DNA from: a virus
Lineage: Duplodnaviria > Caudoviricetes
Strand: one strand, 5' to 3'
DNA: 45,875 bases
IMG/VR virus record: IMGVR_UViG_3300042196_000317
Coordinates: 1-45,875 of that record
The translations under genes and the position numbers were made by a program. Under the pieces are notes generated by a model, which was not told the origin of the DNA, did not search any database, and saw only the letters and a list, made by a program, of their open reading frames with translations. Positions 1-8,184 of this stretch are shown here, piece by piece (positions within the stretch are counted from its first letter, which is position 1; every line of letters starts with the position of its first letter).

Positions 1-1732
1 AAATCCGCAGGGTGCCGTTCTTCTTGCCCTTGTCGCCAGCGTCGCGGAGGAGCTCGAGGTGCCACTCCTTACCCGGAGAGGGCGGGTAGAACAGGTTCGT
101 GAACTTGTCGACCGACGTGCCGCCGCCGCCGAGCTGGATCTGCCAGCCGGTGTTCACGCAGAGGCTGATGAAGAACTCGTTCGCTCCTCCCCCCTGCTTC
201 GATTCGGGCGACATCCCGAAGTAGGCCATCTTGTGGCCGTTGCCGACGCCACAGCACGCGTTCTGGCCCACGGGGACCACTCGCCGATAGGACCAATACT
301 GCCGACGCACGCCGTTGCCGGTGTAGCCGGTGCCCCCGTTGGCGGCGCTGAGCGCGCGGAAGCGATCCAGCTTCGCGGCCGGCCCGCCACCGCCTGCTCG
401 GTGCGTGAGCTTGATCGCCTTGCCCGAGCCGGTCGGGTTGTCCGGATCATCGACGATCACAGCGTCGCGCGTCCAGTTGTCGTCGCCCCATCCGGCGATC
501 AGCTTCGAGCCGTCCAGGTTCATCATCGGCACGAACCCCGCCGGCTCGTTCGGGTGGAGCGCCGGGTTCGGGCCGGGGCCGGGATCGACGGGCGGAGCCG
601 CCGGTCGGTCCCCTCCACTGAGGTAGATGTGGTCGATGAACTGGAACTGGTCCTCGTCGACGGAGTCGTTGTCGCCGCCGCCGAAAGTCGGGTTCCACTG
701 GAGCACGTCCTGCACCCGGTCGGCGCCGAGGCGGAGGAGCGACGCCTGGAGGTATTCGTGGCTCTTGCGACCGTCCACCCACGCGTGGATCTCGCCGTCA
801 CTCTTACCCGGCGCGGAGTCGGACACGAGGTGAATCTGGATGTCCGCCCACACGTCGCGAGTCAGGATCGCCGGGTTCGGAGCATTCGGGTTCTGCGGGT
901 CCTTGCCCACGTAGTTGTGGGCGCCGCCGACCACGTTCTGCGTGGCCACCTCGAGCGACAGTTCACCCGTGACGCCACGGAGCAAGAGCATGATATCGCC
1001 CTTGTTCTGGCCGTCGATCGTGTTGCGGATGAAGAACAGCTTGACCGCGCCGGCGCCTTCGTGGCCCTTCCAGTTCTTGCTCAGCTTGAGCGCGAAATGC
1101 AGGTAGAGCCCCGGCTTGCCGATCGGGTGCGTCAGGTTGATCGGACCGCCGCCGCCGACGAAGCCTCGCGGGAACAGGCACGCGGCCACCTTGCTCGGTG
1201 ACATCGGCGCCGCATCGTCACTCACGATCGAGAGAAGTCCGGTCACGTGGCCCGTCCAGCCCGCGGGCACCACTTCGTTCCAGGCCGTGTCGATGATCTT
1301 CACGTATCCGGCCGGCTCGTGCGGATGCAGCACGGGACCGGGATCGACCGGCGGGTCCTCCGGGTCTTCCGGGTCCTCGGGGTCGTCGACGGGCGGGTCC
1401 TCGGGGTCCTCGGGGTCGTCGACGGGCGGGTCCTCGGGGTCCTCGGGGTCGTCGACGGGCGGGTCCTCGGGGTCCTCGGGGTCGTCGACGGGCGGGTCCT
1501 CCGGGTCCTCTTCCTCGGGCGGGTCCTTGGGTCCCCCTGGCTTCCCGACGAGCTCGACGCGCACGGTGTAATCGTGCCTGTAGATCACCTGCGCGGTCGG
1601 ATCGGCGGCGAGCACCTCCGACGCGCGCTGGATCGCCTCACGCTCCGTCGTGTGCCGACCGTCCAACTCGACGTCATTCACGTAGACGATGTAGGGGCCT
1701 GAGCCTATGGCTGTGGTCTTGATTCGAGCCAT
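1..1732 (-). CDS. N-terminal ~577 aa of a two-domain polysaccharide-lyase/lectin-like (jelly-roll) protein with an acidic Pro/Asp/Glu linker; runs off position 1 and continues at 45875
   Basis: Absent from the ORF track because it has no stop in the window. ATG at 1732 follows GGGGAGG. Hand translation: MARIKTTAIGSGPYIVYVNDVELDGRHTTEREAIQRA...(DPEDPPVD)n...HPHEPAGY...GEIHAWVDG...QWNPTFGGG...FIDHIYLSG...HPNEPAGF...KNGTLRI. Two domains each start with HP(H/N)EPAG. The motifs resemble PL14/heparin-lyase-like folds (by-eye inference). Confidence 0.75.
   Translation of the reverse strand, partial: MARIKTTAIGSGPYIVYVNDVELDGRHTTEREAIQRASEVLAADPTAQVIYRHDYTVRVELVGKPGGPKDPPEEEDPEDPPVDDPEDPEDPPVDDPEDPEDPPVDDPEDPEDPPVDDPEDPEDPEDPPVDPGPVLHPHEPAGYVKIIDTAWNEVVPAGWTGHVTGLLSIVSDDAAPMSPSKVAACLFPRGFVGGGGPINLTHPIGKPGLYLHFALKLSKNWKGHEGAGAVKLFFIRNTIDGQNKGDIMLLLRGVTGELSLEVATQNVVGGAHNYVGKDPQNPNAPNPAILTRDVWADIQIHLVSDSAPGKSDGEIHAWVDGRKSHEYLQASLLRLGADRVQDVLQWNPTFGGGDNDSVDEDQFQFIDHIYLSGGDRPAAPPVDPGPGPNPALHPNEPAGFVPMMNLDGSKLIAGWGDDNWTRDAVIVDDPDNPTGSGKAIKLTHRAGGGGPAAKLDRFRALSAANGGTGYTGNGVRRQYWSYRRVVPVGQNACCGVGNGHKMAYFGMSPESKQGGGANEFFISLCVNTGWQIQLGGGGTSVDKFTNLFYPPSPGKEWHLELLRDAGDKGKKNGTLRI
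1344..1527. repeat. 33-bp tandem coding repeat (DPEDPEDPPVD linker), about 4-5 copies
   Basis: GGGTCCTCGGGGTCGTCGACGGGCGGGTCCTCG is repeated with no unique spacers, in frame with the 1..1732 gene. Confidence 0.9.
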
Positions 1733-1845
1733 GACGCTGCCCTCCCCGAGAGTTGTGTTCCCCTGAAGGATAACGGTCACCCGAAGGGGCCCGAAGAAAC
1801 ACCGACCGTTGCGGCGCGCGCTGCGACCCTCTAAGAGTGGCTGTC

Positions 1846-1946
1846 GTTGGGCGGGGGCGGGTCCGGGCTTGCAATCCGGGGACCCACGTTCGTTTGTGGG
1901 GTCGAGGGGTCGCCGATCTCGATCGCCTTCCCGCCTTCCGCCCAAC
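1846..1946 (+). promoter_or_regulatory. Putative structured RNA leader (multi-stem) upstream of the replication initiator
   Basis: GTTGGGCGGGGGCGGG (1846-1861) is complementary to CCCGCCTTCCGCCCAAC (~1930-1946). It encloses hairpins CCGG-GCTTGCAAT-CCGG and GACCCAC...GTGGGGTC. Confidence 0.4.
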
Positions 1947-1979
1947 TTCCCCCCTCAAGATCGGGAGGTAACCCTCATC

Positions 1980-2945
1980 GTGACCCGACAACACTCGCCA
2001 ACGGACGACCTCCGGGATCTGCGCGCGATCCTGGCCGTAGACACGCTCACGACGTCGGAGCGCATCGTGCTCAGCGCGATCGTGCTGCATCGGAACGGTA
2101 GCGACGGACGGTGTGACCCTAGCCTCGCCAGACTCGCACGGCAGACTGCCATGACGGAACGAGGTGTCCGCTCCGTGATCCGACGACTCGAGGCGACCAG
2201 CTTACTCCTCTCGAACCGACGTGAGGGACGGTCGACCTGCTACTCGGTCGCGATCCCTACCCCGGAACCAGCTTCCCCCCGGAACGACGTTCCCCCCGGA
2301 AGTGGTGTCCGGGGACCCCGGAACGACGTTCCCCCCACCCCGGAACCAGCTTCCCCCCGGAACGACGTTCCCCCCGGAAGTGGTGTCCGGGGACCCCGGA
2401 ACGACGTTCCCCCCACCCCGGAACCACGTTCCCCCGAACGTACGAAAGAACGAACGAAGGAACGAGCTACTACACACACACACCGCGTGCGTGCGCGCGA
2501 GCTGGACGAGAAGAGCTCGCGAGCCGACCCCGACGAGCTCGGGGTCTGGCTCGGTTCCCACGACAGCATCCTCGACGACGTGGCCGGCCTCACACCCGAG
2601 CTCCGTGCCAGCCTGCACGTCCAGTACGGTCCGCCCGGGATGCGAGCGAGGGCGTGGGCCAAGCCAGACGGGACGGCCGTCGAGGAAGCCGAGCGCCCAC
2701 GCCTGTTCTCGGTAGCGCTGAGCTCGTACCTGGCCGAGAAGGGCGGGCGGTTCGCGGCTGGCAATGAGTTCGCCGGCATGCTGCACGGGCTGATCGCAGG
2801 CGAGTTCCCGGCGGCGAGGGGTCCGACCCCGGGCTCGGAAGCCGCCGAGTTCGACGCGGAGGGAGAACGCTGGCGGGACGTGCAGAGACGTCACCGCGAG
2901 TTTGAGGCTACCGAGATGCGGAGGTTGCAGGTCCCCTCATCGTAG
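1980..2945 (+). CDS. Phage replication initiator (N-terminal HTH_36-like winged helix, lambda O-like layout)
   Basis: GTG at 1980 follows GGGAGG. N-terminal LTTSERIVLSAIVLHRN..GRCDPSLARLARQTAMTERGVRSVIRRLE is typical of phage replisome organisers, and is followed by internal DNA repeats. Confidence 0.75.
   Translation: MTRQHSPTDDLRDLRAILAVDTLTTSERIVLSAIVLHRNGSDGRCDPSLARLARQTAMTERGVRSVIRRLEATSLLLSNRREGRSTCYSVAIPTPEPASPRNDVPPGSGVRGPRNDVPPTPEPASPRNDVPPGSGVRGPRNDVPPTPEPRSPERTKERTKERATTHTHRVRARELDEKSSRADPDELGVWLGSHDSILDDVAGLTPELRASLHVQYGPPGMRARAWAKPDGTAVEEAERPRLFSVALSSYLAEKGGRFAAGNEFAGMLHGLIAGEFPAARGPTPGSEAAEFDAEGERWRDVQRRHREFEATEMRRLQVPSS
2259..2483. repeat. Iteron array / probable replication origin inside the initiator gene
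   Basis: A 78-bp unit occurs 2.3 times and contains nine GGAA(C/G)NNN(G/C/T)(T/G)TCC pseudo-palindromes (e.g. GGAACGACGTTCC at 2281, 2320, 2359, 2398). An A-rich strand-skewed tract follows (GAAAGAACGAACGAAGGAACGA...ACACACACAC). Confidence 0.75.
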
Positions 2946-3158
2946 CTCGGGGAACTCGAGCCAGCTCCGGAGCATGGGACCGTGCCCCGGCCAGTGGAGG
3001 AGGACGTAGGCGTCGCCCGGCTCGTGCTCGTGACGCTCAGCCTCGAAGCAGCGCCCGCAATATCGATGGAGCCCGCCGGCGCCGAGGTGGACCAGGACCC
3101 AGCCGTCACGCTCTACGCGTCTCCAGGTCGCGCCTCGGCCGCAGCTCACGCACTTCAC
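2937..3158 (-). CDS. Small CxxC...CxxC zinc-finger-like hypothetical protein
   Basis: MKCVSCGRG...RYCGRCFEAE; the GTG start overlaps the upstream stop (GTGA). Confidence 0.55.
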   Translation of the reverse strand: MKCVSCGRGATWRRVERDGWVLVHLGAGGLHRYCGRCFEAERHEHEPGDAYVLLHWPGHGPMLRSWLEFPELR

Positions 3159-3307
3159 GGGATGCCCCCTGGACGTGCGAAGCGGCCGAGTCGGGGCCCT
3201 TGGGGGGACGTCCGCCTCGACCGCTTCAACTGGAGCTTCCACGATGAGGAGGCGAACCACATCGGCTTGGGCTCCACTTCCCCCTTGGAAGGGAAGTACC
3301 CTCGCAC
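3155..3307 (-). CDS. Small hypothetical protein (start uncertain)
   Basis: Fills the gap in a tightly packed minus-strand run, and its stop is coupled to the 3158 start. Confidence 0.3.
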   Translation of the reverse strand: MRGYFPSKGEVEPKPMWFASSSWKLQLKRSRRTSPQGPRLGRFARPGGIP

Positions 3308-3320
3308 CGAACCTACTACG

Positions 3321-3596
3321 TCACCCGCCGTTGGTCGATCCCCCCCTTGGCTCCTGGTAGCCGAGCTCCATCGGTGGTGCGAGTTCCTCGAGGCCGGGCA
3401 GGAAGCGCGCCTCGAAGGCCGCAGAGTCGTCCGGCGCGGAGACCCGCACCGCGGCGATGTAGACGTCGACTCGGATCCCGTCGTCGGTCTCGCCGGTCCA
3501 GCGTCGTACCCGCGCACGGCCCGGGTGCGGAAACCCCAACACCTCCGTTGTCGGTCGGAGGTTGGTCAGGAACGGCTTGGTCTGGTCAGGCATCAT
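3321..3596 (-). CDS. Hypothetical protein
   Basis: MMPDQTKPFLTNLRPTTEV...; the ATG overlaps the stop of 3593..3820, with GGAGG upstream. Confidence 0.6.
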   Translation of the reverse strand: MMPDQTKPFLTNLRPTTEVLGFPHPGRARVRRWTGETDDGIRVDVYIAAVRVSAPDDSAAFEARFLPGLEELAPPMELGYQEPRGGSTNGG

Positions 3597-3820
3597 CCCT
3601 CCTCGGGTTCGAGCTCCAGACGTGGCTTGCACGTCGCTGAGTGGGGCCTGTAGACCTCGACGTCGACCAGGACCGCCCGGCGGGCCCGCTCCCCGGCCCG
3701 TGGCGCTATCAGCTCGAACCCGCGCGAGCGCGTCGCCACCACGTCGATGGGGAAGGTCGCGTCCGTGTAGTCGTCGCGGACGTGCTCGATCTCGGCCCCG
3801 CACGTTGCGCACGTGGCCAT
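3593..3820 (-). CDS. Small Zn-binding phage protein (CxxCG...HxATC), paralog-like to 43411..43695
   Basis: MATCATCGAEIEHV...FPID...PHSATC. Confidence 0.65.
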   Translation of the reverse strand: MATCATCGAEIEHVRDDYTDATFPIDVVATRSRGFELIAPRAGERARRAVLVDVEVYRPHSATCKPRLELEPEEG

Positions 3821-3824
3821 GCCC

Positions 3825-4331
3825 CTATTCCCCCGCCTTGGCGACCTCGAGGAGCGACTTCTCGACTTCCTTCGCCAGCGGCGCCCGTGAGTCGCGGATC
3901 ACCTGGAGCACGGTCTGGCGCGGCTTGGGCTGGCGCTCCTTCTCGCCGTCCTCGAGGCCGTTGAGGATGCGCACGGCCGCGGCCGGCGGGTTCGCGCTGA
4001 TCTCGGCCGCGACGAGCTCGCGCACGGCGTCCGTGTTCAGCTCCCACGTCCGGTAATCGGCCTTGTCCTCGAGGTCGCGCTGCGTCGGGTCCGGCTGCTT
4101 CTTCGCCTTGCGCTCTTCCTGCACGTCGAGCGCCCAGAACAGCCCGCGCTTCTCCTTCGTGCCCTTCAGCAGCTCGAGCTCGGCGTCGATCGCGAGCGCG
4201 AGATCCTCGAAGCCCTCAGCCGCCACCTTCTTCCGGAGGCTCTTGATCGTCTTCTGGCGCTCCAGGACCGCGCATCCGAGGCTCCGCTTCTCCTCCGGCA
4301 TCAGGTTCAGGACTTCCTTCAGCTTCTCCAT
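3825..4331 (-). CDS. Hypothetical helical protein
   Basis: ATG at 4331 follows GGGAGGGAG; protein-like composition MEKLKEVLNLMPEEKRS... Confidence 0.7.
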   Translation of the reverse strand: MEKLKEVLNLMPEEKRSLGCAVLERQKTIKSLRKKVAAEGFEDLALAIDAELELLKGTKEKRGLFWALDVQEERKAKKQPDPTQRDLEDKADYRTWELNTDAVRELVAAEISANPPAAAVRILNGLEDGEKERQPKPRQTVLQVIRDSRAPLAKEVEKSLLEVAKAGE

Positions 4332-4665
4332 GCTGTGCTCCCTCCCGTTGGAACTGTTGATAACAACGCATCGCTTCGGTGAAACTCCCCAGCACCTCGA
4401 TCGGTGCGGCCGCGAGGGCCAGCAGAAACGTGTCGGTGAGCAGGTCCCGCTCGTTCGTCGTCCGGAGCGCGGACGCCACGAGGTACGGCACGGTGTTCTG
4501 CGCGTCACGGACCATGAACGCGACCGTGGCCGGACTACCGACGTCGGCCGTGACGATGAGTGCGCACTCCGCCACGGAGCGGTGGACCCGGTCGCCCTGG
4601 CGTATCGTGACCACGATCGGTTGCGATGCGTCGAGCGACTCCTCGATCAGCTTTTTCATGGTCAT
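4216..4665 (-). CDS. Hypothetical protein
   Basis: ATGA-coupled to the recombinase stop; MTMKKLIEESLDASQPIVVTIRQG...; its 3' end overlaps the next gene by ~115 nt. Confidence 0.6.
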   Translation of the reverse strand: MTMKKLIEESLDASQPIVVTIRQGDRVHRSVAECALIVTADVGSPATVAFMVRDAQNTVPYLVASALRTTNERDLLTDTFLLALAAAPIEVLGSFTEAMRCYQQFQREGAQHGEAEGSPEPDAGGEAEPRMRGPGAPEDDQEPPEEGGG

Positions 4666-5735
4666 CGCTTGCCGAGCTCCGTCAGCCAATACTCCACGGC
4701 GTCGTTCCAGCCGATCGTCATCGCGCCGGCGATCACGACGCGCTCCTCGCCGGTGACCTTCACGCGGTCGAGGAGCTGGTCGAGCTCAGCCAGGCGATCG
4801 GGGTCGGCCGGGTACTCCTCGGCGAGCGCCTTCTCGGCCGCGTCCCAGCGGAGCGCGTTCTTGCCGGCCAGCGAGTCGAGGATCTGCCAGTCCTCGACGG
4901 TGCCGATCCGGCCGAGCTCGGCTGAGCCCGACGAGTAACGCAGCTTCAGCGTCGGGTGCGTGAGCACCATCGCGTCGAGGTGGTAGACGCGCAGGCGATG
5001 GGTGTTCATGAACGAGCGCACGCGGTCCTTGCAGCGCTGGATCTCGGCCTCCGCTGGCTCGCCCTCGAGCCTCTCGGGAGGAGCCGCCTTCGGGCCCGGC
5101 TCGGGCTCAGCGTCGCCCGCGTCCGTGGCGGACGAGCCACGCTCGCCGCCCTCCTCCGCGTCCCAGCCCGGGATCTCGCCCGGATACGCTGGCGTGCCGT
5201 CGAGGCCCGGCGGCTCCCAGCGGTAGACCTTCTGGCCGACCTTCGACTTGTAGCGGCCGCCGCGGTCGATGACAGCGCGCATCGGTCGGATCTCGCGGAG
5301 GTACAGCGCGATCCCGAAGTGCTCGCAGGCCCGCTTGAACGCGTTGCTGAAATCGCCCTTGCCCGCGCTCGACTCGCTGAAGTGATCGCCCTCCGCCTTC
5401 AGCATCCCGGTCCCGTCCCAGCGCCAGACCCACTCGGGACGGCCGCCTCCGGGAATGATGTCGACTCCGTGCATCATCATCGGGCTCGCCACGCGGACGC
5501 CGACGCCTACGTAGACGCGGCCGCCGGAGACCCGGGCGTCGGACTGCCAGCCGTCGATGCCGCACACCTGGTTGAGCCGGTTGATGAGCGCGGGCCGGTT
5601 GACGTACGGGGCCACCAGGATGAGCGGGCCCTGGTCGCCGTCCTTCGTGAACATCGCTCGCCACTCGAGGTCGACCGCCTCGAACGGCTTTCGGAGCGCG
5701 GCATACAGCTCTTCCGCGCTCGACGTGGTGGTCAT
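4662..5735 (-). CDS. Rad52/22-family (Sak-like) single-strand annealing protein
   Basis: LRKPFEAVDLEWR...YVNRPALINRLNQVCGIDGW...WVWRWDG...KGDFSNAFKRACEHFGIALYL matches the Rad52_Rad22 pattern; ATG at 5735 follows GGAAGGAG. Confidence 0.85.
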   Translation of the reverse strand: MTTTSSAEELYAALRKPFEAVDLEWRAMFTKDGDQGPLILVAPYVNRPALINRLNQVCGIDGWQSDARVSGGRVYVGVGVRVASPMMMHGVDIIPGGGRPEWVWRWDGTGMLKAEGDHFSESSAGKGDFSNAFKRACEHFGIALYLREIRPMRAVIDRGGRYKSKVGQKVYRWEPPGLDGTPAYPGEIPGWDAEEGGERGSSATDAGDAEPEPGPKAAPPERLEGEPAEAEIQRCKDRVRSFMNTHRLRVYHLDAMVLTHPTLKLRYSSGSAELGRIGTVEDWQILDSLAGKNALRWDAAEKALAEEYPADPDRLAELDQLLDRVKVTGEERVVIAGAMTIGWNDAVEYWLTELGKR

Positions 5736-5829
5736 GGTCGTGGAGCTCCTTCCAAGGGGTGGATCACACGCCGGGCAGCGCCGGGCGGAGACCTGCCGCA
5801 ACCTACCACTATGGGCGTAACGACGCGAG

Positions 5830-6342
5830 CTACTTCGGGCGCCGCTCGAAATGCGGCAGATCGTCGAAGCTCTGATCGTCGATCGCGCGGTTCCCGTTCC
5901 AGTCACCGCCCCACCGAATCCCGATGCCGAGCTCGTCAGCGACGCCGCACACGTAGCCCCCGAAGTAGTACCAGCGCGCGAGGTCCTTCGTGTATTCGCC
6001 GATCGCGCGGAGGATCTCGTCGACATCCTCCGCCTCTCCGTCTTCAGCTTCCGACACGAGCGTCTGGATCCTCGCCCGTACCTTGTTCAGCGTCGGCCAC
6101 TCGAGCGGGTCCGGAGCCGCGTCGACCGCGTTGGAGAACGGCTCGTCGAGGTGCCTGGAATCCAGCGTCTTCGAGACGCCCTTCGCCACGTTCTTCTCCT
6201 GCTGCTCAAACGAGCGCTTCGTCTCGAGGATCGTGTTCGGGAAGCGCGGGCCGATGTGCTCCCGGAAGAGCGTGACCAGCTCCGGGTGCGCGTCATCGAG
6301 TCGATCGAGCGAACGCTGCGAGTAGTGGTGACGACCGGCCAT
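5830..6342 (-). CDS. Endolysin, M15-family (L-Ala-D-Glu-type) zinc peptidase
   Basis: RSFEQQEKNVAKGVSKTLDSRH...AVDAAP...IRWGGDWN...FDDLPHFE are the hallmark SxH/D/PHFE motifs. Confidence 0.85.
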   Translation of the reverse strand: MAGRHHYSQRSLDRLDDAHPELVTLFREHIGPRFPNTILETKRSFEQQEKNVAKGVSKTLDSRHLDEPFSNAVDAAPDPLEWPTLNKVRARIQTLVSEAEDGEAEDVDEILRAIGEYTKDLARWYYFGGYVCGVADELGIGIRWGGDWNGNRAIDDQSFDDLPHFERRPK

Positions 6343-6344
6343 CC

Positions 6345-6374
6345 TTGCCCCCTTGCGCTAATAAGTGTTAGAGT
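6345..6374 (+). promoter_or_regulatory. Candidate sigma70-type early promoter in an AT-rich divergent intergenic region
   Basis: TTGCCC-N18-TAGAGT with a TGn extension, in one of the few AT-rich patches, upstream of the DUF932 operon. Confidence 0.3.
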
Positions 6375-6416
6375 GGTGCCGTAGGTTCTTTTTCTCCCCT
6401 TGGAACGGAGCACAGC

Positions 6417-7568
6417 ATGTCACACGAACTCGACTACAACCAGGCGACCGAGAAGCACGCGATGATCTCGGTGAAGCAGACGCCGTGGCACCGCCTGGGC
6501 ATCGTGCTCGACGACGCGCCCGATCTCGACCTCGCTCTCGAGCTGGCCGGCCTCAACTTCGGCGTCGAGAAGGTCCCCCACTTCTTCCGGCTCCCCTACA
6601 CCCCGGAGACGGCGCACGAGGGCCGCTACCGGCGGTCGTCTGACTCCTTCACGATCATCCGCACGGACCGCATGGAGTCGATCGGCACGGTCGGCTCGAC
6701 CTACCAGCCGCTCCAGAACAGCGACGCGTTCGGCGTGCTGCGTCCGATCCTCGAGGACGGCGTCGCGAAGATCGAGACGGCCGGCGTGCTGCGCGGTGGG
6801 AGCCAGGTCTGGATGCTCACGCGCTTCGACCTGACCACCGTCATCGAGCGGGCCATCGAGAAGGGCGGCGACCCCGAGCTGCTCGAGGTGCTCGCCGGTG
6901 AGGTCATGCCTTACGGCCTCTTCACGAACGACCACTCGGGCAAGGCGAAGGGCCGGATCAAGGAAACCGCGATCCGCGTCGTCTGCGCCAACACCTTCGG
7001 CATGGCGATGGGCCACGACGAGGAAGGCACCAGCGTCGAGGTCTCCCACACCGCCAACGTGACCGAGCGCTACAAGGCGGCCGCACAGAAGATGCTCACC
7101 GGCGTAGCGGTCCGGTACGCTCAGCTCGCGAAGGCGCGGATGCTGATGTCGAGGACGACGCTCGGCACCCGCACCGACGAGATCGTCGGCCGGCCGTTCA
7201 CGAAGCTCGTGCTCGACACGGCCGTCCCGATCCTGCACCTCGAGCGCAAGATCCAGCGCCACGAGGGAACCGGCCACACGACGGCAGCGCTCGACAAGGC
7301 GCACGGGCTCCGGAAAGAGATCCGCGAGCTCTGGTTCGACGGGTCCGGCCACGAGGGCAACGGAAGCGCGTGGGAAGCCTTCCAGGGGTCGGCCGAGTGG
7401 ATCGACCACGCGAGCGCCTCGCTGCGCGGCCAGACGGACCGTGACGAGCGGCGCGCCGCCTCGCTCTACGAAGGCCAGCTCGGCCGCACGAAGTCACGCA
7501 TCGCGCGCCAGCTCCTCGCCTACGCCGCCGCCGACACGGCCGAGAAGCGCTCAGCGCTCCTCTCGTAA
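6417..7568 (+). CDS. DUF932 / phage-plasmid TIGR03299-like protein
   Basis: Motifs TPWHRLG, YQPLQNSDAF, ETAGVLRGGSQVW, IRVVCANT, GSAWEAFQG. Confidence 0.85.
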   Translation: MSHELDYNQATEKHAMISVKQTPWHRLGIVLDDAPDLDLALELAGLNFGVEKVPHFFRLPYTPETAHEGRYRRSSDSFTIIRTDRMESIGTVGSTYQPLQNSDAFGVLRPILEDGVAKIETAGVLRGGSQVWMLTRFDLTTVIERAIEKGGDPELLEVLAGEVMPYGLFTNDHSGKAKGRIKETAIRVVCANTFGMAMGHDEEGTSVEVSHTANVTERYKAAAQKMLTGVAVRYAQLAKARMLMSRTTLGTRTDEIVGRPFTKLVLDTAVPILHLERKIQRHEGTGHTTAALDKAHGLRKEIRELWFDGSGHEGNGSAWEAFQGSAEWIDHASASLRGQTDRDERRAASLYEGQLGRTKSRIARQLLAYAAADTAEKRSALLS

Positions 7569-7840
7569 TGAGCGAGACCTACACCGACCTCCGGGGGCGC
7601 ACCGCGCCCCCGGAGGGCTGGTACGGGCCCGGGCACGTCTACCTGGGCACCCTTCACCGAGGCCGCGTGTGCTACGACACCGAGGGCCGCCGGATGAAGA
7701 TCGTTCGGCAGGGCGCGGGATCGACCGTCGTCCGCCGGGCTGGCCAGCCGAAGACGATCAAGGGGCGGACGTTCACACCGCCCGAGACCCTCACCCTCGC
7801 ACCGAGCACGGCCGTGCGATTCACGCGGGAGGCGCCATGA
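7568..7840 (+). CDS. Hypothetical protein
   Basis: TAATG coupling to DUF932; part of a run of overlapping small ORFs. Confidence 0.6.
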   Translation: MSETYTDLRGRTAPPEGWYGPGHVYLGTLHRGRVCYDTEGRRMKIVRQGAGSTVVRRAGQPKTIKGRTFTPPETLTLAPSTAVRFTREAP

Positions 7841-7953
7841 TCGCGCTCGTCGTGGCCGGCGCCGTCCTGCTCCTGCTCACCCTCAGCTACCGAGCACCGG
7901 ATCGGCCACGACCCGACCTCGGCGCCGAAGTCAACTACCGGAGGTCCCGATGA
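7837..7953 (+). CDS. Small single-pass membrane protein (38 aa)
   Basis: MIALVVAGAVLLLLTLSYRAPDRP...; ATGA coupling at both ends; GGGAGG upstream. Confidence 0.55.
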   Translation: MIALVVAGAVLLLLTLSYRAPDRPRPDLGAEVNYRRSR

Positions 7954-8180
7954 AGACGAGGTACTCGCCGCTGGACCCTCACCCGAGCGTGACCGAGAAG
8001 CGCCTCGAGCGCCTCTACATGGAGGAGGACGCGAACGAAGCGAACCTCGGGATCTGCATCCAGTGCGGCGCCGAGCGGTTCGGCGTCGAGCCAGACGCCG
8101 AGCGCTATCGGTGCGAGCGGTGCAAGCTCCCCGGCGTCTACGGCATCGAGACCCTCATGCTCCTTCTCGCAGGATGGTGA
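7950..8180 (+). CDS. Small zinc-ribbon protein
   Basis: GICIQCGAERFGVEPDAERYRCERC...VYG. Confidence 0.7.
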   Translation: MKTRYSPLDPHPSVTEKRLERLYMEEDANEANLGICIQCGAERFGVEPDAERYRCERCKLPGVYGIETLMLLLAGW

Positions 8181-8184
8181 CAAC

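Noticed and set aside
59-1201. 380-aa plus-strand ORF
   Set aside because: Antisense shadow of the real minus-strand gene 1..1732; the translation is not protein-like.
1344-1527. 33-bp repeats as a CRISPR array
   Set aside because: No unique spacers, period is a multiple of 3, encodes an in-frame acidic linker, and no cas genes are present.
2472-2483. (AC)n microsatellite as a phase-variation tract
   Set aside because: Short and in frame (THTH); more simply part of the origin-adjacent skewed tract.
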